From Candidatus Eiseniibacteriota bacterium (lineage in GTDB: Bacteria > Eisenbacteria > RBG-16-71-46 > JABDJR01): a stretch of 64,000 nucleotides of DNA. The notes beneath the pieces were generated by a model. The model was not told the origin of the DNA, did not search any database, and saw only the letters and a program-made list of their open reading frames with translations. This document shows positions 50,422 through 60,205 of this stretch, piece by piece. The stretch lies in the NCBI GenBank assembly GCA_963783375.1, contig CAWANH010000028.1, forward strand, positions 704,001 to 768,000, given 5' to 3'. Position numbers and translations under genes: made by a program. Each line of letters opens with the position of its first letter. The first letter of the stretch is position 1.

Positions 50422-50654
50422 CCCGGCCCGGGAAGATCGGGCACCTGCCCCGATCCGAGGAAGCGGCCTCTTCGACGGAACGGGGGTGAACAAGCATGTG
50501 TGATCGTGACGTCGAGGAGGGTGCGGCGAGTGAACGGGCCCCGTTTCGTCGAAGGAGAGCGCGAAGGAGCGTCCCGTGGACGGTCCGAGCGCTCGCGCCC
50601 GAGGAGGTCCGGGGCATGACCGCGAAGACCCCGGCCGGGCCACCGAGCGCCAGG
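50422..50654 (+). repeat. Dispersed structured element, copy 2
   Basis: Homologous to 9376-9594; the tail CACCGAGCGYCAGG is also found at 9714-9727. Confidence 0.85.
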
Positions 50655-50682
50655 ACGAGGGGAGGCGGGACGGGGATCGGCG

Positions 50683-51276
50683 CTACAGCCCCATATCCTG
50701 CACGCTTCGGAGCGCCTCGCGGTAGAACGGCGCGAAGACCAGCGCGGCGAAGACCAGCGATACCAGGACCAGGGCCACCGCCACGAACCCCCAGATCGCC
50801 CACTCGCGCTCGCGCGATCGGAGCTGATCCACCGAGTGGTAGGGCTGGTGGCGCCAGGCCTGCTCGTAGCCGTTCAGCCCCAGATAGAACGCCAGGATCG
50901 GGTAGACCACGATGTGAAGCAGGTTCAGGACCGGCACCCCGCTCGAAATCAGGAGCAACATTCCCGCGGCCACGCGTCCATGCCCCAGGAACCAGAGGTA
51001 GGGGAGGACGAACGCGCCCCAGTTCCAGCCCAGACGCTTGGCTTCGTCCAGGGAGAGGGGATCGTTCCCCGAGGGAAGGGGAAGGGTGGGGGGAAGGACC
51101 GCCGAGGCCTCGGGCGGATGCACGGGGGCGGGAGGTTCCGCCGGAGCGCTCTCCCCCGGCGGCGTCCAGGGGTCGGGCGGGGAGCCGGGGTCCCGGCCGC
51201 CGGTCACCGCCGCTCCGCAAGCCGCGCAGAACCGCGCGCCCTCCTCGACCGGCGCGCCGCAGGCGTCACAGTGCAA
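50683..51276 (-). CDS. Zinc-ribbon membrane protein
   Basis: TTG start after GGGAGG; CDAC...FCAACG, Pro-rich linker, WNWGAF motif, TM helices. Confidence 0.82.
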   Translation of the reverse strand: MHCDACGAPVEEGARFCAACGAAVTGGRDPGSPPDPWTPPGESAPAEPPAPVHPPEASAVLPPTLPLPSGNDPLSLDEAKRLGWNWGAFVLPYLWFLGHGRVAAGMLLLISSGVPVLNLLHIVVYPILAFYLGLNGYEQAWRHQPYHSVDQLRSREREWAIWGFVAVALVLVSLVFAALVFAPFYREALRSVQDMGL

Positions 51277-51359
51277 GCCGAACCTCCCCGCCGCAATGGC
51301 GCCGCGGGCCGGGAACGCTCCCGGCATACCCCGCGGCGACGGCTTCTTGAAGAACCGGG

Positions 51360-52186
51360 CTAGAAGAGGCCGAGGCGGGCGCCGAGGCTCAGCCGCTGCT
51401 CCCCCCCGCCTTGAGGTCGATCCCGTACCCCGCCATCACGCTCAGCCGGGCGAACCCGGGCGGGGTGACCGCGTACTCGGCGTGCCCTTCCAGCATCCAG
51501 ATCGGCTCGGCGGCTTCCTTGAAGAACGTGTCGAGACCCGCGGTGAGGGTGAAGTTCTCAACCCCCCAGCCGGGGATGGTGTGACCCATGCCCATGAGCC
51601 TCAGGGTGGGGTTGGTGTCGTCGATGTCGTAGCGAAGCTCGGCCCACCCGCGGAAAGCCACCGGTAGATCCACGGTGGCGCTGGGGATCATGTCCTGGAT
51701 CTTCATGGACATGCTCTCCACCCCGCCGTAGATCATGAAGTTGTCTCTTTCGGGGAGGCGGATCCCGCCGTAGACCCAGAGCGGGGCGTGGACCCCCTGG
51801 TAGACGAACTCGCTCTTGAGGAAGTAGTCGTCGGCCACCACCCGGTCCCGGGACGAACCCTTGAGCTCGATGAGCAGGGAATAGCGTGGGTCGAGCGTGG
51901 CCCACCACTGGAAGCGATATTGGGCGGCATAGTCCTGGTCGGCGACGCTCTGCCGCGGCGTCCCCGCCGGCGGATAGGACCACCCCTGGACCATGAGAGC
52001 CACCAGCCCGGCATGGCGGTCCATGGGGGTGAAGGTGGAATCGTAGGTCGCGGCCAGGGAAACGTCGTCGTAGAAGAACGGCGCCTCGGCGGCGGCCCGC
52101 CCGGCCAGTGAGAAAACCCCCAGAATGACCGCGAACGCCACCGCAAACCCGACCTGGGCCCGCGCCCTCTCGTTCAGTGCCGGCAT
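51360..52186 (-). CDS. Putative outer membrane beta-barrel protein (3' frameshift in a G7 run)
   Basis: GGAGG RBS, signal peptide, amphipathic strands. A one-base change at 51401-51407 gives the ending EQRLSLGARLGLF*; as read, the ORF stops at 51389. Confidence 0.7.
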
Positions 52187-52407
52187 GGAAAACCCTCCTT
52201 GATTGCGGACCGGAGGCCCGACCCACCGGATTTAAGAGGGTTACGGGCCGACCGTCAAGCGGGGAGCCGGCGGACGGAGCGCCGAATACGCCACCGGGGC
52301 CCACGCCGCCCCCGCCGAGGCCTCGGACCCCACGGGTGACAACCCGGGGATCGGCGGCTAGAATGAGTGCTTTCCTGCCCCATCCCCCGTTTCCCAGCGA
52401 GGCCATC

Positions 52408-53250
52408 ATGACACCGGAGACCCTGACCCTGGGCCACAGCCCCGATCCCGACGACGCCTTCATGTTCTACGCCCTGGCCGCGGGGAAGATCGAGACCGGC
52501 GGGTTCCGGTTCACCCACATTCTGGAGGACATCCAGACCCTGAATCAGCGGGCCACCCGGGAGGAGCTGGACATCACCGCGGTGAGCATCCACGCCTACG
52601 CCTACATCCAGGACCGCTACGCCCTCCTTCCCCATGGGGCGAGCATGGGGGAGGGCTACGGCCCCATGGTGGTGGCCCGAAAGCCCATGGCCCCCGAGGA
52701 TCTGACCCGGGGGATGCTGGTGGCGGTGCCGGGAACCATGACCACCGCGTTCCTGGTCCTGAAGCTGGCGGTGGGCAACTTCCGGTTCACCGTGGTGCCC
52801 TTCGACCGGATCATCGACGAGGTGGCCTCGGGCCGGGTGGACGCCGGCCTGATCATCCACGAGGGCCAGCTCACCTACCAGGAGAAGGGGCTGGTGGAGG
52901 TCTTGAACCTGGGGACCTGGTGGGGAGGCCGGTACGACGGGTTGCCGCTCCCCCTGGGCGGGAACGCCATCCGCCGCTCGCTGGGCGAGGAAAAGATCCG
53001 CACCGTCTCGAAGCTCCTCAAGGAGTCCATCGTCTACGGGCTGGAGCACCGGGCCGAGGCGGTGAAGCACTCCATGCAGTACGCTCGCGACATGACCGAG
53101 GACCTGACCGACCGGTTCGTGGGCATGTACGTGAACGACCTCACCGTCGACTACGGGGACCGGGGGCGGAAGGCCGTCCACCGGCTTCTCGAGGACGGTT
53201 TCGAAGCGGGACTCATACCCGGACCGGTCCGGGTGGAGTTCTCCGACTGA
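52408..53250 (+). CDS. mqnD: 1,4-dihydroxy-6-naphthoate synthase (futalosine menaquinone pathway), MqnA/MqnD family
   Basis: GHSPDPDDAFMFY, DIQTLN, GYGP, IIHEGQLTY, LPLPLG, MYVN. Confidence 0.9.
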   Translation: MTPETLTLGHSPDPDDAFMFYALAAGKIETGGFRFTHILEDIQTLNQRATREELDITAVSIHAYAYIQDRYALLPHGASMGEGYGPMVVARKPMAPEDLTRGMLVAVPGTMTTAFLVLKLAVGNFRFTVVPFDRIIDEVASGRVDAGLIIHEGQLTYQEKGLVEVLNLGTWWGGRYDGLPLPLGGNAIRRSLGEEKIRTVSKLLKESIVYGLEHRAEAVKHSMQYARDMTEDLTDRFVGMYVNDLTVDYGDRGRKAVHRLLEDGFEAGLIPGPVRVEFSD

Positions 53251-53306
53251 CCCGTTCCCCCGCGGGACCCCCAAGCGCCGGCCCCCGGCCGGAGGAGGCA
53301 TATCCC

Positions 53307-54377
53307 ATGCGTTTCGTTGTCCGCTTGCTCACATTCACGATCGGGCTGGTCGTTTTCGTGGCGGCCTCGGCCGGAGCCGACTGCTACGTCAAGACCGCGA
53401 CCACCTCCGACGGCTTCGGCGGTTTCGGAGCCACCGAGGGCACGTCCGAGACCTGGGTTTCCGGGGGGCGGATGGCCGAGAAGAGTCAGTCCCACCTCAA
53501 GAACTCGGTGCTGAAAGCGCTCACCAAGGATTCCAAGAGCTACACCATCACCCGGCTCGACAAGGGGCTCATCTGGGATGTGGACCTGGGGGACAAGTCC
53601 TATACCGAGTTCTCGTTCGCGCAGATGAAGGAGCAGATGGAGAAGAGCGCGGAGGAGTTCAGGAAGGCCGCCGCTTCCCAGCCCGAGGCGTCGGGTTCGG
53701 GCGGGCCGCCCCCGAAGGCTCCGGAAGGGCAGAAGACCGACGTCAAGGTGGACGTCAAGAAGACCGGGGCGAAGAAGAAGATCGCGGGCTACAACACCGA
53801 GGAGACCGTGCTCACCCTGCGCTCCACCTTCACCGACACGAACAGCGACGAGAAGGTCACCATGAAGCTGACCTACGATGTGTGGCTGGCCGCCGACGCG
53901 CCGTGCGCCGCCGACATGCAGGAGATGGCCAAGCAGTTCGGCGCCACCGCGGGAGCGGACATGAAGGAGAGCGGGGCCATGCTCGCCACCGCGCTGTCGT
54001 CGGCCGGGATCACCATGGACGACTTCCAGAAGACCGCCTCGGAGCTCACCGGCTACCCCATGCAGACCACGATGACCATCGGGGCGGACCTTTCCCCCGA
54101 GCAGGTGGCCCAGATGAAGGCCGCCCAGGCCAAGGCGAAGCAGGAGCGTGAGAAGGAAGAGGAGGAGGATTCCGGCGGGGGGCTGAGCCTGGGGGGATTC
54201 GGGAAGAAGCTGGCGGCCAAGGTCATCAAGAAGGACGACAAGAAGGAAGAGGAGTCGGCTCCGCTCGATCCCGGGGTGCTCTTCCGCACCACCAGCACGG
54301 TGGAACAGGTGAAGTCGGGGGTGGACGACGCCTCGGTGTTCGAGATCCCCGAGGGCTTCAAGCTGAAGAGCCACTAG
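53307..54377 (+). CDS. Secreted hypothetical protein (DUF4412-like)
   Basis: GGAGGAGG RBS, signal peptide, I.RLDK...K.Y.E, KTG..KKIAGY, GYP, FEIPEGFK. Confidence 0.8.
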   Translation: MRFVVRLLTFTIGLVVFVAASAGADCYVKTATTSDGFGGFGATEGTSETWVSGGRMAEKSQSHLKNSVLKALTKDSKSYTITRLDKGLIWDVDLGDKSYTEFSFAQMKEQMEKSAEEFRKAAASQPEASGSGGPPPKAPEGQKTDVKVDVKKTGAKKKIAGYNTEETVLTLRSTFTDTNSDEKVTMKLTYDVWLAADAPCAADMQEMAKQFGATAGADMKESGAMLATALSSAGITMDDFQKTASELTGYPMQTTMTIGADLSPEQVAQMKAAQAKAKQEREKEEEEDSGGGLSLGGFGKKLAAKVIKKDDKKEEESAPLDPGVLFRTTSTVEQVKSGVDDASVFEIPEGFKLKSH

Positions 54378-54440
54378 CGGAGCGCGGGCCCGGTCCGCGC
54401 CGGTCCGGTTCGGAGCCCTTCGGGCGGGGGACTTCCCGGC

Positions 54441-55481
54441 TCAGGACCGCCCGGACATCGGCCCCTTGGGAAGGTTGATTCCCGAGGGGGTCCAGGTGAC
54501 GTCGGGCATCCAGGGGAAGCGGCTTCGACCCTCGACCGGAACCATCAGGGTCAGCGCCGCGGGGAGGACCTCGGCCTCCAGCTCGCGATGGCGGCCGTGG
54601 ATCTCGTCGCCGTCGATCTCCAGGGGGGCCAGCGGGCGGCATTCCACCCGGATCCGTGAGCCCTGAAAGTACCGCACGCGCGGATCCTGTTCGAGCTTCC
54701 CCAGGAGTCCCCAGAAAAGGAGCCGGAAGAAGTCGCCGAAGTTCTCCATGGCGATGACGATCACGTCGAGCTTTCCGTCCTGGGGGTTCACCTGGCGGAT
54801 CATGCGGAAGTTGCCGGCCAGGCTCCCGATGTTGGTGATCACCGCGCTCATCCCCCGGACCCGGACGGGGGGATCGTCGTCCAGTTGGAGCCGGAAGGTG
54901 TTGGGCCGCCGCCCCAGATTCTTGAGGGCGGCGTAGAGATAGGCAAGGAACCCGAGCCGGCGCTTCAGAACCCGGGTGGCATCCCGGATGATCGCGGCGT
55001 CGTATCCCAGGCCGGCCATGATCAGGAAGTCGCGGTGGCGCGTCCGGCCCACGTCGATCAGGATCGGTTTCCCTTCCACCGCCACCTTGAGGGCCTGCCC
55101 CACGTCGAAGGGGAGACCGAAGTGCCAGGCCACCGCGTTGGCGGTCCCACGGGGAATGATCCCGAGCGGGATCCCGTCCCGCATGGCCGCGTTCGCGACC
55201 TCCATCACCGTGCCGTCCCCTCCCAGTACCAGATAGCAGTCATAGGGGGTATCGGTCAGGGATGCGTTGACCGCGGCCAGGCCGTCCTGATCGGGGGTGG
55301 TCTCCACCACGTCCAGGTCCACACCGATCTTCGCCGCCCGCTCGCGCAGGTCCTTGGCCGCCCGCTGGGACCCCCGCGGTCCGGCCACCGGGTTCACGAC
55401 GGCCAGTATGCGGCGATGATGCGCGGTGGGCTCGCGGGTCCCACCCGCCGTCCCCTCACGCGTGGACGTTTGCGATTCCAA
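54441..55481 (-). CDS. Diacylglycerol/lipid kinase family protein
   Basis: NPVAG, GGDGTV, PRGTAN, G.GYDA, DGKLDV, EIDGD. Confidence 0.93.
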   Translation of the reverse strand: MESQTSTREGTAGGTREPTAHHRRILAVVNPVAGPRGSQRAAKDLRERAAKIGVDLDVVETTPDQDGLAAVNASLTDTPYDCYLVLGGDGTVMEVANAAMRDGIPLGIIPRGTANAVAWHFGLPFDVGQALKVAVEGKPILIDVGRTRHRDFLIMAGLGYDAAIIRDATRVLKRRLGFLAYLYAALKNLGRRPNTFRLQLDDDPPVRVRGMSAVITNIGSLAGNFRMIRQVNPQDGKLDVIVIAMENFGDFFRLLFWGLLGKLEQDPRVRYFQGSRIRVECRPLAPLEIDGDEIHGRHRELEAEVLPAALTLMVPVEGRSRFPWMPDVTWTPSGINLPKGPMSGRS

Positions 55482-55613
55482 GGCCTGGGCCTCCTGGCTG
55501 GGCTGAACGAACTCGCGGGGACGCTACCACCGCGGTCGGTCCACGGCAACGCGCCCCCCGGGAGGGCTTCCCGCCCTAAATGATAGACTGATCGCCCGGG
55601 GAGGAACGGATTT

Positions 55614-57341
55614 ATGCGCGTCGCGCTGTGTCAGATCAACGCCACCGTGGGGGACCTGGGGGGAAACGCCGCCCGCATTCTCGCGTGGTACCGGCGCGCC
55701 GCCGAGCAGGGGGCCGGGCTCGTGGTCTTTCCGGAGCTGGCGCTCACGGGGTATCCCGCGCGCGATCTCCTCGACCTCACCGACTTCCTGCGGGAGGTGG
55801 AGGACGCGGTCCACCGGATGGCCGGAGAGACCGGGCCCGCCGGCCTCATCTTCGGTGCCCCCGCGCCCAATCCCGGCGCGTCGGGAAAGCCCCTCCATAA
55901 CGCGGCCTTCTTCTGCGCGGAGGGCCGGGTCCGCCACGAGGTGCGAAAGAAACTCCTCCCCACCTATGACGTCTTCGACGAAGCCCGCTACTTCGAGCCG
56001 GATCCCGAGCCGGCCCGGCCGGTCGAGTTCGGCGGGATCCGCTGGGGACTGCACGTCTGCGAGGACGCCTGGAACCAGGAAGGCTTCTGGCCCCGGCGGC
56101 TCTATCGCCGCGATCCGGTGGAGGAGCTGGCCCGAAACGGAGCCCAGATCCTCCTCAACATCTCGGCTTCCCCCTTCTACGGCCGGAAGGGCCCGCTTCG
56201 CCGCTCGATCTTCCGGAGTCACATCGGCCACCATCACCTTCCGCTTCTCTACTCGAACCTGGTGGGGGGAAACGACGAGCTGATCTTCGACGGCGAGGCG
56301 TTCGTCTTCGAGGCCTCGGGGGAGCTGGTGGCCAGTGGCCGTCCGTTCGAGGAGGAGATCCTGTTCGTGGACGTGGAGAAGGAGGCGGGCGCGGTGCGGG
56401 TGACCCCGGCCCATTCCTCTGATCCCACGGCGGCCGGGTTCCCGGAGTCCCCCCCCGCGGTCCGGCCGGAACCGGAGGAAGTCTCCTCCGTCCATCACGC
56501 CCTGGTGCTGGGGCTCCGGGACTACGCGAGAAAGTGCGGCTTCCGGACCGCGGTCCTCGGGCTCTCGGGCGGAATCGACTCGGCGGTGGTGGCCGCTCTG
56601 GGGGCCGAAGCCCTGGGGCCGGAAAACGTGTGGGGGATCGCGCTCCCCAGCCGCTATACCCGCACGACCAGCAATGCGGATGCCGAAGCGGTGGCGCGAA
56701 ACCTGGGAATCCACTATGAAACGCTGCCCATTGAATCGGTCTTCGAGGCCTCGCTCCAGACGCTCGCCGGGGTATTCGAGGGCACCGGAACCGGGCTCGC
56801 CGAGGAGAACATCCAGGCTCGCGCCCGCATGCTCCTGATCATGGCGCTCTCCAACAAGTTCGGGCACCTGGTGCTCACCACCGGGAACAAGAGCGAGTTG
56901 GCGGTGGGCTACTGCACTCTCTACGGCGACATGGCCGGCGGGCTCGCGGTGATCAGCGACGTTCCCAAGGTCATGGTGTACGATCTGGCCGGCATGCTGA
57001 ACCGGGAAGGGGAAGTGATTCCCCGGAGCGTGATCACCAAACCCCCGTCCGCGGAACTCCGGCCCGACCAGACCGACCAGGACACCTTACCCCCCTACGA
57101 ACTCCTGGACGCGATCCTCGAGGGCTATATCGAAGACGGGCTCCGCGAAGAGGATCTGGTGGTGCGCGGATTCCCTCGGGAAGTCGTGGAGCGCATCGTC
57201 CGCATGTTGGCCCGGGCCGAGTACAAGCGCCGGCAGGCGGCGCCGGGGTTGAAGATCTCCCCCAAGGCCTTCGGAAGCGGCCGCCGCATGCCCATCGCCA
57301 CCCCCTGGCCGGTCACGCGGGACCGGGAATCCCGCGCATGA
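55614..57341 (+). CDS. nadE: Glutamine-dependent NAD+ synthetase
   Basis: Nitrilase domain (FPEL, K, CEDAW) plus LSGGIDS, ENIQAR, TGNKSE, GYCTLYGD, PSAEL. Confidence 0.97.
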   Translation: MRVALCQINATVGDLGGNAARILAWYRRAAEQGAGLVVFPELALTGYPARDLLDLTDFLREVEDAVHRMAGETGPAGLIFGAPAPNPGASGKPLHNAAFFCAEGRVRHEVRKKLLPTYDVFDEARYFEPDPEPARPVEFGGIRWGLHVCEDAWNQEGFWPRRLYRRDPVEELARNGAQILLNISASPFYGRKGPLRRSIFRSHIGHHHLPLLYSNLVGGNDELIFDGEAFVFEASGELVASGRPFEEEILFVDVEKEAGAVRVTPAHSSDPTAAGFPESPPAVRPEPEEVSSVHHALVLGLRDYARKCGFRTAVLGLSGGIDSAVVAALGAEALGPENVWGIALPSRYTRTTSNADAEAVARNLGIHYETLPIESVFEASLQTLAGVFEGTGTGLAEENIQARARMLLIMALSNKFGHLVLTTGNKSELAVGYCTLYGDMAGGLAVISDVPKVMVYDLAGMLNREGEVIPRSVITKPPSAELRPDQTDQDTLPPYELLDAILEGYIEDGLREEDLVVRGFPREVVERIVRMLARAEYKRRQAAPGLKISPKAFGSGRRMPIATPWPVTRDRESRA

Positions 57342-57415
57342 TGTCTGAAGAAGGTGGAATCGGGTGGAAGCTAACCCCTGAAGTCGCAGTGTTTTCGGAT
57401 TTTTTAACATACCGC

Positions 57416-57444
57416 TTGACCACACTTGACCCCGGACCTACATT
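57416..57444 (+). promoter_or_regulatory. Sigma70 promoter
   Basis: TTGACC-N17-TACATT with an AT-rich upstream region. Confidence 0.7.
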
Positions 57445-57447
57445 TGT

Positions 57448-57529
57448 GGGTGCCGCCACACCGTCGGAATCCCCGTTCGGCGGGCAGGCTTGCTATAGCG
57501 GCCAGCATGTCTGCAGTGGCGGCATTTTC
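57448..57529 (+). ncRNA. Candidate three-way-junction RNA (sRNA or leader)
   Basis: P1 57451-59/57516-24, P2 57461-68/57476-83, P3 57484-94/57504-14, then UUUU; starts at the expected TSS. Confidence 0.5.
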
Positions 57530-57684
57530 ATGCCCTTCGAATCCTCTCCACCTCCGGCTGTTTTCGCGACTCGTACCCTGTCCGCCGGTCCGACCCGCGC
57601 GTTTCGGGGTCTGACCCGCCCGTCCAGCGCCCCTGATTTCCCGGACCCGCGCGTTCCGGAACCGATCCCCAAGAAAGGGCTTGC

Positions 57685-58524
57685 ATGAACCGGATCCCGT
57701 TCCAGCTCCCCGACGCCCCCCACGGTATCGTCCGCGGGGACATCTACCTTCCCGACGATCCCCGCGGCGCTCCGGTGGTGGTGGGCTGCCACGGCTTCAA
57801 GGGATTCAAGGATTGGGGATTCTGGCCGGAGACCGGACGGCGGCTGGCCGGGGCGGGCCTGGCCCTGGTGACCTTCAACTTTTCCGGCGGGGGGATCGGC
57901 GACGATCCCGAGGCCTTCACCGAGTTCGATAGCTTCGAGGCCAACACCATCGGGAAGGAACTGGACGAACTGGGCTATGTCCTGGATGCGGTGGCCGCCC
58001 GGAAGATCCCTCTTGGCGGGGTGGACGTGCGGCGGATCGGCGCCCTCGGTCACAGTCGGGGCGGCGGCGTGGCGCTGGTCCGGGCCGGTCGGGATCCCCG
58101 GATCCGCGCCCTGGTCACCTGGGCCGCCGTGGCCACCTTTCGGCGGTACAGCGACGCGGAAAAGACCCTCTGGCGGGAGCGGGGCTACAGCGAGGTGGAG
58201 AACGCCCGGACCGGGCAGATCTTCCGGTTGGGGCTCGGACTGCTCGAGGACATCGAATCCCATGCCGAGGCCTACGACCCGGTGGCCGCCGCCGCCCGGC
58301 TCCGGATCCCCACCCTCATCATCCACGGGACCCGGGATGACGCGGTTCCCCCCGACGAGGCGAACCGGATCGCCCGGGCGGTGGACCCCGGGCTCGGAAA
58401 AATCCTGTTGGTGGAGGGCACGGGGCACACCTTCGGCGCCGCGCACCCCTTCGAGGGCTCACCGCCCCCCCTGGAGCGGGTGCTGGCCGCTACCGTGGAG
58501 TGGTTCCAGAGCGGCTTGGCCTGA
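57685..58524 (+). CDS. Alpha/beta hydrolase
   Basis: HGFKGFKDWG, GHSRGG nucleophile, HGTRDDAV, GHTF. Confidence 0.92.
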   Translation: MNRIPFQLPDAPHGIVRGDIYLPDDPRGAPVVVGCHGFKGFKDWGFWPETGRRLAGAGLALVTFNFSGGGIGDDPEAFTEFDSFEANTIGKELDELGYVLDAVAARKIPLGGVDVRRIGALGHSRGGGVALVRAGRDPRIRALVTWAAVATFRRYSDAEKTLWRERGYSEVENARTGQIFRLGLGLLEDIESHAEAYDPVAAAARLRIPTLIIHGTRDDAVPPDEANRIARAVDPGLGKILLVEGTGHTFGAAHPFEGSPPPLERVLAATVEWFQSGLA

Positions 58525-58602
58525 CCGCCGGGAGGGGGAAGTCCGCCGCGGCCCGCTCGGCCGGCCCCGCGGATCCGCGGAAGGGCGCAGTGCTTCCGGG
58601 GG

Positions 58603-58635
58603 GAAATGGAAGAGCCCGCCGGTTGGGGCGGGCTC
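58603..58635. terminator. Intrinsic terminator (pyrimidine tail on the minus strand)
   Basis: GAGCCCGCC/GGCGGGCTC stem followed by TTCCATTT on the minus strand. Confidence 0.6.
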
Positions 58636-59144
58636 ATCCCGGGTCGAGGGTGCCTGACTCGACCCCGTCTCTCTCTCGTGTCTCTTCGCTACATGTCCGC
58701 CGGATCGCGCTGGGAGGTAGCGGCGTCTCTCTCGGACCATCCTCCGGCTCCCGCCGGGGAAGAAGGGGGGTCCCGCCCCCGTTGGCACCGTGGCCGACCG
58801 GACTAACAGCGCCAATAAGTCGGCGCCATCCGGCGGGCACCAATGCTACAGGGTAGGCCCCCAAACCGTTGACGCGGGAGGCCGGCTGTCGAATCCGGGC
58901 CCATTTCCGCGTCGGCATACGTTACTACCTCGGTCCCAGGTAGTTGTTCCCCAAAAAACGAAAATCCACAAAACAGTTGGCCGAAAACCGGACTTTAACG
59001 GGCGGAAATCCCCGCAAACCAGTGGGTTGGAAAACCCGCCTCAACTTGTCGTGAAAGATCGGGGCGGGGAACATAGCAGGTTCGTGGCCGGAACGCCATC
59101 AGGAAACCGTGTTGCGAGGTGCAACAGATGGTCCTCAGACCGGG

Positions 59145-60056
59145 CTAGTCCTCGTGATCCCCCTCGGGCTCCACGTGGACCACCACGTCGGTCACCCCGG
59201 CCATCCCCTCCTTGATCCGCTCCGAGGCCTCGTGGCCCGCCTTGTGGGCCCGGGCGATGGACATATCGGGGGAAACGTGGAGATGAAGATCCACGTGGAT
59301 GTCGTCGGGGAGTCCCCGGCTCCGGACCCGGTGGGCCCCCGTCACCCCCTCCACCCTCGAGGCGATCTGGGCCACCTCGTCGGGGTCCAGCCGCTGGGAA
59401 TCCGAGAGGACGGAGAACGCCTCGGCCACGATGGTGTAGCCCGACCAGGCGATGAAACCGGCAATCCCCACCGCCACCAAGAGATCCATCATCGGGAAGT
59501 TCAACAGGGCGGCGACCAGGGAGATGAGCACCCCGAAGCTGGCGAAGATATCGCTCTGGGTGTGCTTGGAGTCGGCGAGGAGGATCATGCTGCGGAGTTT
59601 CTTCCCCGCCCTTCGCTCATACCGGGTAACCACCAGGTTGACCGCCATGGTGAAGAGCATGACCCCGAAGGTGATGGGGCGGACGTCCACGTGGTGGCTC
59701 GCGTGAAACCGTGCCAGGACCTGGCTCACGATCTCCCAGCAGGTCAGGAAGAGAAAGAGGGAGATCGCCAAGGCGGCCAGGGCCTCGAATTTCCGGTGCC
59801 CGTAGGGATGGTCGTCGTCCGGGGCCTTCCGCGCCACCTTCATCCCCACCAGCCCGACCACGTTGCTGGTGCCGTCGAGGGCGGAATGGAACCCGTCGGC
59901 CACCATGCTGAGGGCGCCGGAGAGTAGCCCGAACACGAGCTTGAGCGCGGCCACCAGAAGGTTCAGGCCGAGGACGATCCAGAGGACCCGACCCACCTGC
60001 CGGTCGCGTTCCGCGACCGCGGTCGCGGAACGCCGGACTCCAACAGGCTTTTCCAT
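59145..60056 (-). CDS. Cation diffusion facilitator transporter (FieF-like)
   Basis: ADGFHSALD, PDDDHPYGHRKFE, DSKHTQSD, VHVEP. Confidence 0.95.
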   Translation of the reverse strand: MEKPVGVRRSATAVAERDRQVGRVLWIVLGLNLLVAALKLVFGLLSGALSMVADGFHSALDGTSNVVGLVGMKVARKAPDDDHPYGHRKFEALAALAISLFLFLTCWEIVSQVLARFHASHHVDVRPITFGVMLFTMAVNLVVTRYERRAGKKLRSMILLADSKHTQSDIFASFGVLISLVAALLNFPMMDLLVAVGIAGFIAWSGYTIVAEAFSVLSDSQRLDPDEVAQIASRVEGVTGAHRVRSRGLPDDIHVDLHLHVSPDMSIARAHKAGHEASERIKEGMAGVTDVVVHVEPEGDHED

Positions 60057-60205
60057 CGTGCTTTCCCCTCCCTCGCGAGCCCGGCTTCCGGCCGGATCGG
60101 CGTGGCCGCCCCGGCGAGAACGGAGAGGAGAGTATCACCGCGTGGTAGCGGCGTCAGCGCCACGCGCGACGTGGGCAGGGTGATCAGCGGTGTTATGCTT
60201 CAGCC

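Noticed and set aside
57448-57529. tRNA gene
   Set aside because: Only two internal arms, no GTTCRA T-loop and no D-loop consensus.
58900-59060. oriC
   Set aside because: AT-rich, but only one weak DnaA-box-like word (AAATCCACA) and no dnaA in the window.
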